DNA from: Lophium mytilinum
Lineage: Eukaryota
NCBI GenBank assembly: GCA_010093605.1
Contig: MU004181.1
Location: 2,418,001 to 2,482,000, forward strand
Reading direction: 5' to 3'
DNA: 64,000 bases
The notes beneath the pieces are model-generated. The model ran no database searches, was not told the DNA's origin, and saw only the letters and a list, made by a program, of their open reading frames with translations. Position numbers and translations under genes: made by a program. Shown here piece after piece: positions 1 to 13,958 of the stretch. The number at the start of each line of letters is the position of its first letter. Position 1 is the stretch's first letter.

Positions 1-1819
1 ACTACCGCGCTTTCATTGGAAACCTCTAGTAAGCATTCCTTGTCGCCAAATTCTCATACCTGCTAATGGATTGGGTAGTTGGAACAATATTTCCCCACAA
101 GTATGGCGCTATGTCGCTGACCGTACCGGCATCTTGTCCTATGCCAACCTTCCCCTCCTTTGGATGTTCTCTGGCCGCAATAATATATTTATTTGGGCGA
201 CGGGTTGGAGCTTCTCTACTTTCAACATCTTCCATCGTCATATTGCTCGGATTGCTACCCTGCAGGCCATCGTTCATTCCATCGCATACACAGAAATGTA
301 CTTGATAGGTAAGCTGACATCATATGTCGAGAGCGAGACACTGGCTAATCATCTTGCTAGGGGGTTACTATAAAGAAGAGTACGATGAACTCTGGTTCAT
401 CATGGGAGTAGTAGTCAGTGCCTTCTAATGCTACATGCTATCCTTAAAGTGTTCGCTAGCTAACACTAATGCTTAGGCTACTGTTCTGATGAGCTTCTTG
501 CTTGTATTCTCATCGGTGTGGCTTCGGAAGAGGTACTACGAGGCCTTCTTGCTGATCCATATTGTGTTCTCGATCGTGGTCCTTGTTGGCCTCTTCTAGT
601 ACGTGCAGATCTTCTCTCCATGTAAAGCTAGGCGGCCAGTATCTAAACTTTATGTAGTCACACCGACATTTATGACGGAGAATACGACCCCTACCTCTGG
701 CCTCCAGTTGCTATCTGGGCCTTCGACCGATTCCTTCGCATTGTCCGCCTCGTATTTTGCAACCTCAATCTAAGATTCAGCGGAAAGAAACTACAGCATA
801 CCAATACTATTGCAAGCTACAGCAAGGAGACAGACGCTGTTAGACTGGAGATCATCCCCGGGTCTGCATTCCTCAAACCTAATCCTGGACAACATTACTT
901 CTTGTACCAGCCATTGAGCTGGAAGGGTTACGAAAACCATCCTTTCACATTAGGGGCCTGGACGTCCGCGTCCGAAAACGATGCCTCTACACCAACCCAC
1001 ACAACCTCATCAAAGAAAATGGAAAGCGACATCATAGTCTCCACCGCCGCCGTCTCATCCGGTTCCGGTTCCGCCTCAAGCCACTCAGACCACTCCCCAA
1101 CCTCCGCCCCAAGCGACATCAGCCTCATCTTCTGGGTCCGCCCCTTCAACGGCTGGACGCGCCGCATGCGCAACGCCTGCCTAAACGCCCCCAACGGCAT
1201 CGTCACGCGCTCCAACATCCTCATCGAAGGCCCCTACGGCGAGCGTGCGCCCGTGCACAACTACGAGACCGTCATCCTGATCGCCGGCGGCACCGGCATC
1301 GCCGCCGCCGTGCCCTACATCCAAGACCACATCCGCCGCTCTTCACCCCGCCAAAAGGACGGCCAGCTCACCTTCTCCACCCGCACGCGCCGCATCGAGC
1401 TTGTCTGGACCTGCAGGCAGGCCGGCCTCATCAAGAACATCGCCAACCGCGAGCTTGCGCCTGTGCTGGCCCGTGATGACGTGCATGCGGCGTTCTTCTG
1501 CACGCGGGATAGTGGCGCGATGACGACGACGGCTTCGAGCGAGGCGGCGTCGGAGATTAGCCCCGTGGAGGATAAGGAGTTTTCGATGGCTGCGGCACGC
1601 GATTGCGATATCAAGATTGAGCATGGGCGGCCGGACGTTAGGGGGACTATTCTGCAGACTGCGCGTAGTATCACGGCGGAGGGCGCGAAGGCTGGGAAGA
1701 TTGCGATTTTGGTCTGTGGCCCGGCTGGGATGGCGGATGAGGCGAGGGCTGCGGTGCATACTGCTATGAAGGAGGGGTGTCGGTCTGTTGAGTATATTGA
1801 GGAGGCGTTTGGGTGGTAG
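1..1819 (+). CDS. Ferric/cupric reductase transmembrane component (FRE family), 5' end outside the window, multi-exon
   Basis: Spliced exons (introns about 29-78, 309-360, 413-476, 599-657) give the ferric-reductase TM segment (YVADRTG...GRNN...[10 protein letters not shown]), FAD-binding HPFT, NAD-binding EGPYG / LIAGGTGIA and C-terminal VCGPAGMAD...EEAFGW. Confidence 0.9.
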
Positions 1820-2731
1820 GTGGAGTCGGTTGGACTTTGGGATTGAGGAAGGGTTGAGTTTGGATCTTAGATAGATCCGATGAAGGGAACATTTCGTAAA
1901 TGTTGCGAGATAGTGGTGTTCAATGCCATACTCACTACCTCTGAATAGCCCCGGCATACTCCGCAGGTGACGGCTTGCATACACCTCTACTAACCAATCC
2001 GTTTATACGAGCCTTTTGGAACGCTTCCCGTAACGCTGTATAGTACGAACGAGAATTAGGCCTTGAATACCCACGTGATTTTGGCGATAAGCGAGATCTA
2101 GCGCACCTACACGTGCTAGCGGCACGTGACGTCGACTGAGCAAACGTAAGAGAGAAGCCAACATTAGATACAGCGAAATCAAAGTTACATGGAGAGCGCT
2201 CAATCCCATCATCGGTATAAACGACTGTATTGACCACCTCCACCACAGCACCTATACACACTACCGGCTCACTAACATATGTACTCCCCACAACAGCATG
2301 CCACCCACCCCAACACTATGAAAACAACAGCTCCCAAAAACTCAGCCAACAGGAGCCGCAACAAAACGAGGGTATGAGAAAAAGAGAAACAGGAGTGCCC
2401 CTGTGATGCAAGTATCCGTACCCAGCCCACGCCCACCAACTCGACTCTACACAACCAACAAACACAACTCCGTTCGCTGATGCAACAGGAAAAAAAAAAG
2501 GAAACAATGAAAGTCTCGAAGGAACAGAATGTGTGTGTATGCAAGGGAGGGGGAATCTTCGCTTTCGCTCTCGCTCAAAAAGGGATGGTTCTGGAATGTA
2601 AAAGGGCTGATGTAATTTGGCACATCTTCATTCCGACACAAAGCAAAACTTTTTCTCTTGACTCTCGTCTTTAGTATTTGAACATATGCCACTGATATTT
2701 CTTTCGTTCACTCACTCGCTCAAGAACAAAT

Positions 2732-4955
2732 TCATGCCCATCCGAGGCTGTCGAGGAGGCGTTTCGTTTCTGGAGGCGGCATGCCGAGGGCGCCGAGTGC
2801 GCGCACCTGGGATCCGCGGCGTAGTTTCTGCAGGCCAATGGCGACCTTCCAGCTCTCTGCGTCGGCGATGATAAAGACGTATTTCTTGCCCTCGGGATCT
2901 CGGATGCTGGCGCGGAGTAGATGTTTGCCATTACGCTCGCCGGTCTGTGAGTAAGCATGTTAGTAACGATACATTGATTGACAAGGTAAGGAGCTGATAG
3001 CTTACCTCGACGAGCTTCATAGTCCAAGCCTTGATATCCCACTCGCGCTGTGCAACACCTCTAACATCATCGTCAATGAAGAGACCCTCGGTTGTGATCT
3101 TCAATATCAATCCATCAGTGACGGCACCGATACCGGCAACCAATTGAGCCACTGGCTTCGGGAACAAGTCGTTGAAGAGATAGACAGCCTTGATCTGGAT
3201 CTTGTCGGGGTCATTGGTACTGTATGCACCCCGTTGGCTGGGCGGAGGTGTGGTCCGAGATGTGCTTTGGGAGGGAGCATAGGAAGATTCAGAGTAGGTG
3301 GACGACTGAGGCTTCGCTGGACGCTTGGGTGTGTCGTAAGGACGGAAAGAGTGGGCGTCCACATCTTCGGTGCCGAGATATGACTTTGCGGAAGGTCGCT
3401 CGTAGTTCTTCTTGGGCGATGAAGTCACTTTGACGGTAGTCTTCAGAGGCGAGGAGCGAGTGGAAGTAACTGAGGGTGTAGAAGGACCTCGACCAAAGAC
3501 ATCCGTTCGCTCTCCGGCACTCATCCCATACGTCGCAGAGCGTCGTCCGGTCACGCTGGCTGCAAGCCGCTCTGCTGCAATCCGCTCTGCTTCGGCTTTC
3601 TTTGCTCTTTCTAGACGCTCTTTCTCCGCACGTTCGCGAGCAGCCTTGAGACGTTCGGCACGGATCTTGTCTGCTTGTTCTTTTGCTTCCTTGGCCGCAG
3701 CATCCGCCTTTTCTTGTGCTTCCTTGGCTGCAGCATCTGCTTTGTCCTTCTCAGCTTTGATCTTAGCTTCCTCAGCTCTGATCTTGGCTTCCGCAGCTCT
3801 GATTCTGGCTTCCTCTTCAGCTTGGAGAGCTCTGGCCTTAGCTTCCTCCTCTGCCTTGAGAGCTCTAGCCTTAGCCTCCACCTCAGCCCTCAGTCTCTGC
3901 TCGGCCTCCAGCTTCTCTCTGATCTCCTTCTCGATCCTGATCCGCGCTTCAGCTTCCCGCGCTTCTCGTTCTCGGGCATCATTCTCCCTCTTTTCCTTCT
4001 CCTTCGCCTGGCGCTCTCTAGCGATACGCTCTCTTGCTTCACGTTCACGTTGCTCCTTCTCCCGCGCCCGCATCTTTTCCCACTTCTCCTTTTCGGCTTG
4101 AGCACGAGCTTTTCGTTCAGCTTCGTCCTTCTTCTTCTGCTCCTCATCGCGCCGCCGCTTGGCTTCATCAGCTCGCTTCTTTTCTTCTTCCTTTTTCCGT
4201 GTTTCTTCGCGAGCATTTTCCCAGGCGGATGAGGCAGAGGGTGGAGGCTTTGACCATGAAGGCTTTGGCTCCGGCTTCGGTTCGGGCTTTGGTTCTGGCT
4301 TTGGTTCCGGCTCTGGTTCGGGGTCGGGCTCCGAGGGGGGTGGCGGCGGCCGGGGAGGTGGAGGTGGAGGTGGTGGTGGAGAAGGAGGACGAGGAGGAGG
4401 AGCTTGCTGGTGTTGATGTTGGTGAGAATGGGGCGGTGGCCCGTAGCCAGGCTGCGGTCCCCCTCCCGGTGGACTCTGGGGAGTGAAGCCAGCTCCCGGA
4501 TAGCCATTGGCGGACGGTCTTGCTCTCTGATAGCCTGGTGGGACCCCTCCAGCTGTTCCATGAGCGCCATCAGCATTCCCACCTCCCGCAGGCCTTCCAC
4601 CACCCCAAGCTCCTTCTCCTTGTGTCTTGCCCCAGGCCCAACCTAGTACTCCAACTGCGACTACGAGGATAATGACGCCCGTCCCGCCTGAAGCTACACC
4701 CTTGCTGATCATGGCAACCCATTGCTTCACGGTCGGCTCAATGACCTGCCACAAGCCCAGGGCAGCGAGCGTTGCAACTACTCCCGCCAGGAAGCTGTTT
4801 CGCTGGGGCGTCAGAGACGGCAAGTAGACGAAGCCGCCACCAGACGAGTGCGGCGGTATTATGAAGATGTCGTAGTTGCCTGGCGGTAGGCCACCTCCTC
4901 CCGTGGACTTAGGGTTGGCGCCATGCGGAGGCGGTGGAGGCGGAGGGCCGTCCAT
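2732..4955 (-). CDS. Fungal protein of unknown function: two N-terminal TM segments, Pro-rich/PEPK repeats, long charged coiled coil, C-terminal globular domain
   Basis: 674-aa ORF; intron about 2945-3005 (GTAAG...ACTAAC...CAG on minus) adds a last exon TGERNGKHLLRASIRDPEGKKYVFII...LLDSLGWA with stop at 2732-2734. Confidence 0.75.
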
Positions 4956-6327
4956 GGCAGGCGGTCGTGCGGCAGCCTCGAGGCCGCGTCAGAGTCGAGC
5001 GACGCTATAGGGAGCGGTGTTGAAGAGAGTGTCGCAGGAAGCCTGGAGGATGAGGTTGGCGTATTCGGGGTGCTGGGCCGGTGGGTCGGAGAAAAAGCAT
5101 AAGGGCAATTTCCAGCTTGGGGTCAGCGGGTCGCGAGATGACGAGCTGGGATGCGGCGAGTCAGGCGGTTACGGAGACATATAGATGGCAAAACAAGACA
5201 ATGCGGCGACCGGGAGCGCCAGTGTGCGAGCAGAGGGCGGAGGTGCTGTACAGAGGGCGGTGATGGCGGTGTGGTGGTGTGTTTACTGAGTGTTGATGGC
5301 CGTGTTTTGGCGAGCTAGCGGTGCAAACGGGAAAGCGATGGTGTGGGCCGGTCCGCAACTCGGTGCCAGTTTCCAAGGTTGATGCCCGGATATTCTCTCC
5401 CAGGTGCAACGCGGCAGCAGACGACGAGGCCTTAAGGCTGCTTTCCTGCGTGCTGGCTCTCGGTGGGCGGTGGTTTAGGCCTGGCGACGCGGGACGCGCT
5501 GTGCTTTTTGATCCCCGCGAGCGTCGGAAATCCAGTAGTGGCGCTGGGATTTGTTGTCTCCCACAACACGCGCAATCGGGCGAATGGCGCGGCCGCACGC
5601 AAGCTCTCGGCCTCTACTGGCCTGCACCGTGATATCGTGTGAAGCCGAGTCATCCAGTGCATCTCGTGGCCGAACGCGTCGTGCTGTGGTTCGTCCAAAG
5701 GGCGAGCCGGCCCACGCCTCTGTCTTTGCTAGACAGGCTCCCGCGAATCTGCATCATGCTGCAGCGGCACCCGGTCCGCTACCAAGCTGAGGGAATAGCC
5801 CGTTCTCGTGCCGCCATGCAGGCCTTTCCTTGACCGGCCCGCGTTACATGGCAAACGGCCGGAAGATAACTGGCCTTCCCGCGGGGCAATGGGGCACGCG
5901 CTGCTGTCTCGGAACCCTGGAGGAGTTTAGCAAGGCCGCCGAACAGGTCGACAGCCTCTGCTGTCTGAGACGCAGAACGAGTGGCTATAGCGCAGGTATC
6001 GATAGCTGCGGAGAATATATGTAAACAACGGCAACGGCGATGCGTTGGCGCTGCATGCGAAATTTATGCCCGGCTCGGCTAGCCCTGCTGAATCACGTTT
6101 TGATACCAGGGCCTCTCCCGCTCCGCCGTCATCGTTAACGGTCAACGGCTTGCCGTGACAGAGTGCTCGTCCAATTGTTGCACGCTGGCACGAGCATCAT
6201 CTCTGCTCGAGTCCTCGTGTGCGACGACGCGTCCCTTTCTGCCATCTGCCATGAGTTGGGACGATTGAGGACCATCATGGGTCCACACCGCCTGACTCCC
6301 TGGTGACACCGAGCTTGGCCGGCCGAT

Positions 6328-8210
6328 ATGGAAGAATACGAGCTTCACCCGCCAGCGCCGCCTGCGATCCCGCCCAGCGCCATGCCCGGCGACCTCATGG
6401 ACCAGCGAAGAGAAGCCTTGCTGAACAAAAAGACGGTCCGCAAGCTTGATCTAATTTTGCTGCCTTTTCTTGCCCTGTTATTCCTGTTCAACTCGCTCGA
6501 CAAGTCCAACGTGAGCCCCACCAGCTGCAGCCTCCAACATAAACTAACAGCTTCAGATTGGAAATGCCGAGTCCGCACATTTCACGTCTGATATAGGGCT
6601 GGATAAGGAGGACATCAATACAGCTGTTGCCCTCTTCTTTGCCTTCTTTGTCAGCCTGCAGCCTCTAGGGGCCGCCCTGGGCCGGAAGTATGGCATGGTA
6701 CGCTGGGTCCCGTCTTGCATGATAATATGGGGTGTTTGTACGGCACTACATGTCTGGGTGCGGTCGAAGTGGCAGCTGTTCATTCTGCGTATCATTATTG
6801 GGGCGTGTGAGGGTATGTAGCTCTCTCCGATCCATGAACAGCTGCTAACGATATTCACCAGCTGGCTTCTATCCTGTGACTGTAGTATATCTATCCGTAT
6901 TCTATACACGATTCGAATTCGCCCGTCGATTGAGCTTGTTCTATGGTCAAGCAGCTGTGGGAGGTGCCCTCGGCGGTATACTCTCTTACCTAGTCTTCTC
7001 CCAATTCGGCGACGAACGGACAAACCAGCCCGACGATACTGGCGACGAAGGTTGGAAATCCTGGCAGGTGCTCTTCCTGCTTGAAGGATGCTCCACGGTT
7101 ATAATCGCCTTCGCTGGCTACTTTTGGCTCCCACACAGTGCCAAGACAGCGTGGTTCTTGACGCCAGAAGAGCGAGAATGGGCAGAACTGCGCATCCAGC
7201 GTGATATTATAGGAGAGACCAGCCACCATTCTAAGGACGACCAAACGGAAGACGACGACGACGACGAAGAGCGCCCCGACACCTCCGGGTCCGAGTCTCA
7301 CGGCCTCCTAAACCCCACCGCTCCGACTTCCACGAAAGTCCTCACAGACGACCGCGGCATATCCCCCCACGACATCCTCTCCGCCCTCACGTGCCCCAAG
7401 ATCTACCACATCCTCATCGTCAACATTCTCTCCGCGATTCCCGCCATGGCCTTCCAAGTCTTCCTCCCTCTCGTGCTCGCCCCATTAACCTCGTCCACCG
7501 ACGACCCAAACGAACCCGGAAAAACAAACCCAGCCCTCACAAACCTCCTGACTGCACCCCCCTACATCTGCGGCGCCATCACCCTCTTCGCCTTCGCCGC
7601 CTACTCCGACCGCCACCGCAAGCGCCTCCCCCCGATCCTCGCCGGTCTCTGCCTCCTCCTCTCCGGCCTCGTCCTCGTGGTCGTGATGCCGCAGACGAAA
7701 GCATGGGCGATCCCGCGCTACCTCTCCCTCAACGTGCTGCTCAGCGGCACCTTCATCGCTAGCCCGCTCACCGTCGCGTGGATTTCCGGGAACACGCCGT
7801 CGCCCGGGAAGCGCGCGGTGCTGCTCGGTATCAACGGCTGGGGAAATCTGGCAGGCGTGTTCTCGGCGCTGCTGTTCAAGCCTAAGTACCAGAAGGAGGG
7901 GTATATCACCCCGTTCTGGTGGACGCTGGTTGCTGTCAGTGTGGCGGCGGCGGGTTATGTCGTTTTCTGGCTGAATCTGCGGAGGGGAAATGAGGCGCGG
8001 ATGGCGCTGGTGAGGAGTTGGGATGCTGATGATGTGGAGGCTGAGCGAAGAGATGGGAGGGGGCCGGTTGGGCGGAAGAGAGGAGTTGCGTTGGGGTTGG
8101 CGAGGTTGCTTGCAGAGGTCAAGGGGTTCGCGGGGTTGGCGGAGTGGGTCGAGAAGGCGAGTGAGGGGAGAGAGGGAGATGAGAGGGTTACGTTTGTTTG
8201 GGGGTATTAG
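6328..8210 (+). CDS. MFS transporter, allantoate permease (Dal5)/anion:cation symporter-like
   Basis: VRKLDLILLPFLALLFLFNSLDKSN|IGNA start motif, YLSVFYTRFEFARR, WQVLFLLEG, AWFLTPEER and many TM helices; introns about 6511-6557 and 6813-6861. Confidence 0.9.
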
Positions 8211-8817
8211 AGTATTGAAGGCGTTTTGGTGCAGTAATTTCTGGTGTTCTTGGTGGCTGTTTGTTGAAGCATGACGATACCCGTGGGATCATATCTAAGC
8301 GTGAGACTTATAGGTTATGGATGGTTATTATTTGAGAGAATAGTTAGCTGTTTGCGAATGACTTGCGTAGGGTGAGGTATGTGAATGTCACGACGAAATT
8401 TTATGTGTACTCTTGAATGCTATCATGTGGACGGATATATTTTGGACACTGAAGAAGCGTTCTTGGCAGAGGATAAGGTTGTAACAGAACAAGATGAAAT
8501 AGCGCGAATGGGGATACCGAGGAAACTCTACTCTGCAGGAGTCTGTCGCAGTGACAGATCATGAGACTATTTCACACTCCTTTGCCACTGCCTGGGGTCC
8601 TACCACAAGATCTCATAAATCCAAGGGCGACGTCATGTTCCAGGCAGTGCAAATTAGACTGCCTGTTGACGGACTCGCGATTTAGTAGCCAGGCGACCCC
8701 TTATAGTGGTGTTGAGTAAGCAAGACTCGAACCGTGGTGTGCTGGATTCGTGTCCCCAGACTTATGATCTAGTACTGTACCAAAAGCCGACCACTGAATG
8801 GTTTTCTAGATAAGGCT

Positions 8818-11738
8818 TCATAGGTATGTAGGCATGGACCATGCGTCTGATGCTCCCCATGCATCTCCAAGAAGTCCGTTCTTCCATAGGCGGTATGCAA
8901 CATGCTTCCTCCAGCTAAGTTCGCGTGCCGAAGGATACGGGGCAAATCCATTATCGTTGTGCTCGCTGTGCTTGCATGTATGCTTCTTGACCCAGTTTGT
9001 GCAAGGCTGCCCAGCGGAATGATAGTCGATGTGGCTGTGTAACGAGCCTTCAGAGCCATCGACAAGATAGCTTCCATACAGATCAAACGGCGCTTGCCAC
9101 GACTGCCACACCCGTTGGCTTCCGCAGCATTGACATGAGCTTCCGTCGGTTGCAAACTCCTTCAGCTTTTTACTTTCGGGCAACTCAACATCTTCATGCT
9201 CTGCGACAACAGTATGGTACTTCTCGTCTATTTCGTTTTCTAGCCACTCGACACCGTATGCCTTGTCGTCTTTCTGAAGTATTTGAGCGACCTCGAGACC
9301 AGCTTTCTCAAGACACTCGCACCAAAGGGTCCAGGATGATGGTGACATGAATCGGTCTGACGGTGTGAATCCATAAGCGTTTTCAGAATTTGGGTCGCAT
9401 CCCATTTGAAGAAGTGATACGATGATTTCGCTTATTTCTTCGTACCATGCGGCACCTGGTCCATGGACATCACAGACCGTAAGTGGTGAAGAAATCCTGT
9501 GAAGGATTCCATCGGCGTCGTCATCGATGGCGCGTGTATCTGCTCCATACTTGAGGAGCAATCTCATCACACGCGGAAGCGCGCTAAAACAGAGATAATC
9601 TGTAGCAGACAGCAAAGGAGTCTCGCCCCAACCGTCTCTCACTTCTGTATCAGCACCACGTTGGAGTAGAAGTTCCAAGGATTGACAGGACTCGGTAATT
9701 GCATCATTGCTAGACCAGGAGCGAAAAAGCCACTGGATTGCGCTGTGAATGATCCCTTGAGTAAAGGTTCCAGTAATAGTTCCATCCCAATCGAGATGCC
9801 TTTCACATTCCACAACATCGGCACCTCCGGCAGCGGTGAGAGAACGTGTGGTATCTAAAATTCTAGTACCATGCTGCTTTTTTCTTGTCATTCGTTTATA
9901 GAAGATAGATAATGCCGAGGAGCCGTTACTGTGATATTTCCCATCAGAACTTACATTGTCGAAAGGAAAAGGGATGACTTACGAGTCACAGTCTAGCGTA
10001 TCAGCGCCTTCGATTAATAGTAGTTGCATGATCTCTACTTGGTGATAGTATGCCGCACACTATATATATGTCAGCGTTGCACATATTTGAAGGCAGCCAG
10101 TTGCTTGTCAACAATGAACGGTGTCTCACTCCCAGTAAGGTGTCTCCGTCGCGATTATCTCGGTCATTTAGGTGAACGCGATGGTCCCCCAACAGATCGC
10201 GGACACCATCAATGTGACCACCTGCGATGTAGCGCCATATGTCATGATCCGGCGGTAGGACTCCAAAGGTTGAAAGCAGAGGCGACATTGTGGGTGTCGG
10301 CGCGTTATTCGCAAAGGAGGCCGCAAAGCCACACACTGGAACTTCGGCTTTTGGGAAAAACAGCACTCGAAATCCTCCGAGTTCGGAGCCGTTTGACAGA
10401 AGAGGGTCGTTCTCGGATATGAAAACTGTTACCCTTCCGATAGGGCCAAGGTCTACACTGATTTTGGTTTCTCGAATTTCTACTGCTTCGCGACGTTTGG
10501 ACCTTTTCTTGTGGTTCCTTACGCTCGCTATAGTACGGAAATATGACGGATTGTTTCTCAACATTTTTCGGAGTGCGATAGGCTGGGATGGTCTGTACCT
10601 TCCAGCGTAATTTGACTGTTTCTTGTTTGAAGTAATCTCGTGGTAAGCCTGAGCATGCAAGATCGCTAGAAGAGATCTGAAATTATGGACAAGAATGCCC
10701 GCTCCGCTTGAAGAAGGCAGGACGTTTTCCGGGGATTGATGTAGTGAAGCAGCTGCGATTTCTTCGAAATGCTTTGAGAGCAGAGATAAAGAGGTCACGG
10801 CATCTTGGGCAGAGCCATTCATTATCACTTGATCTCCCAAAGAGGGCAGCTGGAGTGTGTTAAGACTTTCAACCAAGCCAGCCAGCCGGTCCAACTTATC
10901 CGTATTGGTGCTGACATGCTTTGAGAGTTGTTGTATCATTCCTTTCGATGTGGTACTATCAGAACGAGTTGCTGATAAATGGTCACAGGCAGTCGAAAAT
11001 CCCGTGACTATGGTGGACTTCAGCTCCTCTTGGCGGGTTGTGATTGTGGATAGGCTCAGGGTCTGTGAAGAGACTGTTTGAACGAGGGTTTGTGATATCT
11101 GGCGTTGATCGCGGCGCGTATCGCGTTGAGTCTGAACGATAGCATCGAGCTTGAGATGCGTTGTCGTATCGTTGCTTTTGAGATCGGTTTCCAGATTTTC
11201 TTGAGACTCTTGGATCGCTTTAAGACGTACTTGTGTCTCTAGATCGTTATGGCTGCGCAGCGTCAGTATCAGACTTTACTTAACACTAATATACTGACCG
11301 CCCAATACTAGACAGAATTTCAGAGATGCCCAATCTCCGCCGTTCCAACCTTCCCGAAATTTTACTCAACTCTTTTTCCTTGAAGACAGACTTTACTCGC
11401 TTCCCAAACCGGTTGAAGGCATGCTCGGCGCTGGACTCCGGGCCTCCGAGTAGGCTTTTGAGACGGGCCAGATCCTGAACGAAGAGCTTGAGCTCTTCGT
11501 CGAGATCATCGAAGGCTGACTGATGTAACGGTGCAAGCGATGAGTTCGAATATGACTGTTTAAGTGTTTTGCTCCGAATGAGCGCCTTCTCTAGGCCGGC
11601 AAGATGGCGATGGAGGTATCTCAGCTCCGCCGATGCTTGGCGCAAGGCTGAGATGAACTTGCACGTCTCTCGAATGGCTCTGAGACTCACGTCGAGAAGG
11701 CTGATGGACGCTGAAACGATAGAGAAGGGTTCGGCCAT
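8818..11738 (-). CDS. HeLo-like/SesA-type N-terminal domain protein with ankyrin repeats and a Cys/His-rich tail
   Basis: N-terminus MAEPFSIVSASISLLDVSLRAIRE...ELRYL matches the fungal STAND N-terminal (HeLo-like) pattern. Intron 11253-11298 joins in frame to ORF 10001-10939. Ankyrin-like units: NDRDNRDGDTLL, LLLQRGADTEVRDGWGETPLLSA, LLLKYGAD, LLQMGCDPNSENAYGFTP. Further short introns at about 9925-10130. Confidence 0.75.
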
Positions 11739-12515
11739 ACTTAGCTCGTAGGCTCAAGGGCTGGTGCTTGTGATGTAGGACCAGCTGAGGCGAGTGGGAA
11801 GGGGAGTAGACTTATCTAGCCCACAAGGCTGACTGGTGTTTCCTAACAGGTCGGCGAGCGAGACTCGAGCGGGATTTGCCTTGCTGTATGTACATACATG
11901 TTTCTGCGTTGGCATACTACACAAGGCTGAATGCATAAACTGTCTACAACGTCATCAGAAAGCATATCTAAATCACTGTAGGATATGTTAACTGCAACAG
12001 CTTTCTCCACAGTTCTTTATGATAAAGTCAGATCCTAGCGTTCTATCCGTTCAAAGAGCCCGCCATAGGAGGTAGAAGCTAGTGTGTCTAGAGGCACCAA
12101 AGCAAGCTACATGGCTCCCAGAACTAGTCAATACTGCCTTCCATGGTACCCAACTACGCAATGGTTTCTTTCGAAGGCTTTCAGAAAGGTGCGATGCAAA
12201 GGTTGGTAGATGATGGGGTTTAGAGGGCAGAGCACTGCGATGGAGACGATCATAGGCTGCACGTGATAGTCCTAATTTGTGTTAGTGGTAAAGTCTTCCG
12301 CAACCCCCATATGCCTCGGCTCCTGATTACTCTTCAGCGGTTATCGATGTGGACTCCATACATCGTGCTGATTCCCCTCTAGGTTTGAATTGGCTTTAAA
12401 AATTTACTAACTGTGCGACTTCCTGTCCTTTTCATCCGTCTTCTCTACTCACTACCTGCATTCATTACCTATCAACCCCAAGGTTTCGACTTTTTTTCTT
12501 GCCATAGCATGCGAG

Positions 12516-13496
12516 ATGGTGCTCGCCGCAACCCTGCCTGATCAAGTAGCCTTAAAAAAGATCTCCGAAGATCACTATGTCACTCTATTTAATCCGGACA
12601 AGATGGGGAACGCAGCTAACATTGCTTATGGTGGATGTACCGTTGGGGTTGGAGTAAATGCGGCCTATCAAACCATCAAACCTGGATATCATTGCTATTC
12701 CATCATGGGCAACTACCTTGGGCCCGCTCTCACAGACCGGAAATTGTTTTGCAAAGTTCGGCGATACAGAGACACTCGGACTTTTGCAAGCCGGCAGGTT
12801 GAAGTCAGTCAGGAGCAAGACGATGGAACACACCGTCCCTGTCTCATCCTTTTGGCTGAGTTCCAAGTCCAAGAGCCCGGCACTCTTTTTGATTATTCTG
12901 CGCCGCCTGCTTCCAAATATGCTCCTGCCGAGGACTCTCCTACCAGAGATGAAGTTACGAGTGCACTGGTGAAAGAGGGGAAAGTGTCACAAAAGATGGT
13001 CGACGTATTCAACATAGTATTCGGCCTCATGGCACGCTTTTGGGAATCGAGATCCCCGCCTGGTACCGTTATGTCGGAAAAGCTATACGGAATGGCGAAG
13101 CATCTAAAAACAACACAAGACCACTTGCCAATCACTTCGAAAACATCTGCTGAATGGGTACGGAGCAAGTCGAAACTGTCGACAGAAGCTGAGAACATTT
13201 CAGCACTCTCTTTCTACATGGACGGGGCCTTGTCGTTCATTCCTCTTTCATATAGTAACTTGTTTCTGCAAGATGCTGCCGCTTGTTCGACGCTAGATTT
13301 CGCTTTGCGCCTCTTTTCGAATAAGGTTGATATGAACCAGTGGCATATCAAAGAGATGAAAACGATTAATGGAGGGGAAGGGAGGACATACAATGAGGCG
13401 CAGATATGGGATCAGCAGGGAAACATGATCGCTTCTATGACACAGCAATGCATCATGCGACCACATAAGCCAAAGCCGGTGAAAGCGGCGCTTTGA
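12516..13496 (+). CDS. Acyl-CoA thioesterase II (TesB-like, double HotDog fold)
   Basis: Intronless 326 aa with AYGG, GNYLGPA, RDTRTFASRQVEV, FYMDG, STLDFALR and GRTYNEAQIWD...IASMTQQCIMR motifs. Confidence 0.85.
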   Translation: MVLAATLPDQVALKKISEDHYVTLFNPDKMGNAANIAYGGCTVGVGVNAAYQTIKPGYHCYSIMGNYLGPALTDRKLFCKVRRYRDTRTFASRQVEVSQEQDDGTHRPCLILLAEFQVQEPGTLFDYSAPPASKYAPAEDSPTRDEVTSALVKEGKVSQKMVDVFNIVFGLMARFWESRSPPGTVMSEKLYGMAKHLKTTQDHLPITSKTSAEWVRSKSKLSTEAENISALSFYMDGALSFIPLSYSNLFLQDAAACSTLDFALRLFSNKVDMNQWHIKEMKTINGGEGRTYNEAQIWDQQGNMIASMTQQCIMRPHKPKPVKAAL

Positions 13497-13958
13497 TTGG
13501 CCTGAGAATTGGTGAATGGAGAAAGATAATGGGAGTAAGGCTATGAACCGGGGATCAGTTTCGAACATCTATAGAACCTTGAACAGTCAAATCTCGTGCT
13601 CTTTCTGTTTTTGGTTACTCCAACTGATGGTGTGTTCTAACTCCACATCTTGAATTTGGTGCTCGTTACATGATCAAGGTAAAATTCGAAGATGAAGCTG
13701 CTAAAGGTTGGCCAGCACAGACCAAACAAGCACGAAAACGGTTCGCGTGTCGGGCACGTGACCATTCTGGCTCCGTTCTGCCAGAAACCTCATCCGAACC
13801 GCATCTTCAACCAGAGCTCAATCTCCAACAACGCCATCGAATCTCATCTCCCGCGGGCCCTGATCCACAAACCAGTAAGTCAATTCTGCACTCTGGAGCT
13901 CCCTTCGCCTTCAATTCGCGCCCTGGACGATGCTAACAAAGGTACCGCAGAGGCCGTC

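Noticed and set aside
3412..4646. Long antisense ORFs over the coiled-coil gene (similar ones occur over MFS, ARP1, the TF and the RiPP precursor)
   Set aside because: Shadow frames caused by low-complexity or GC-rich coding sequence on the other strand; no independent family signal.
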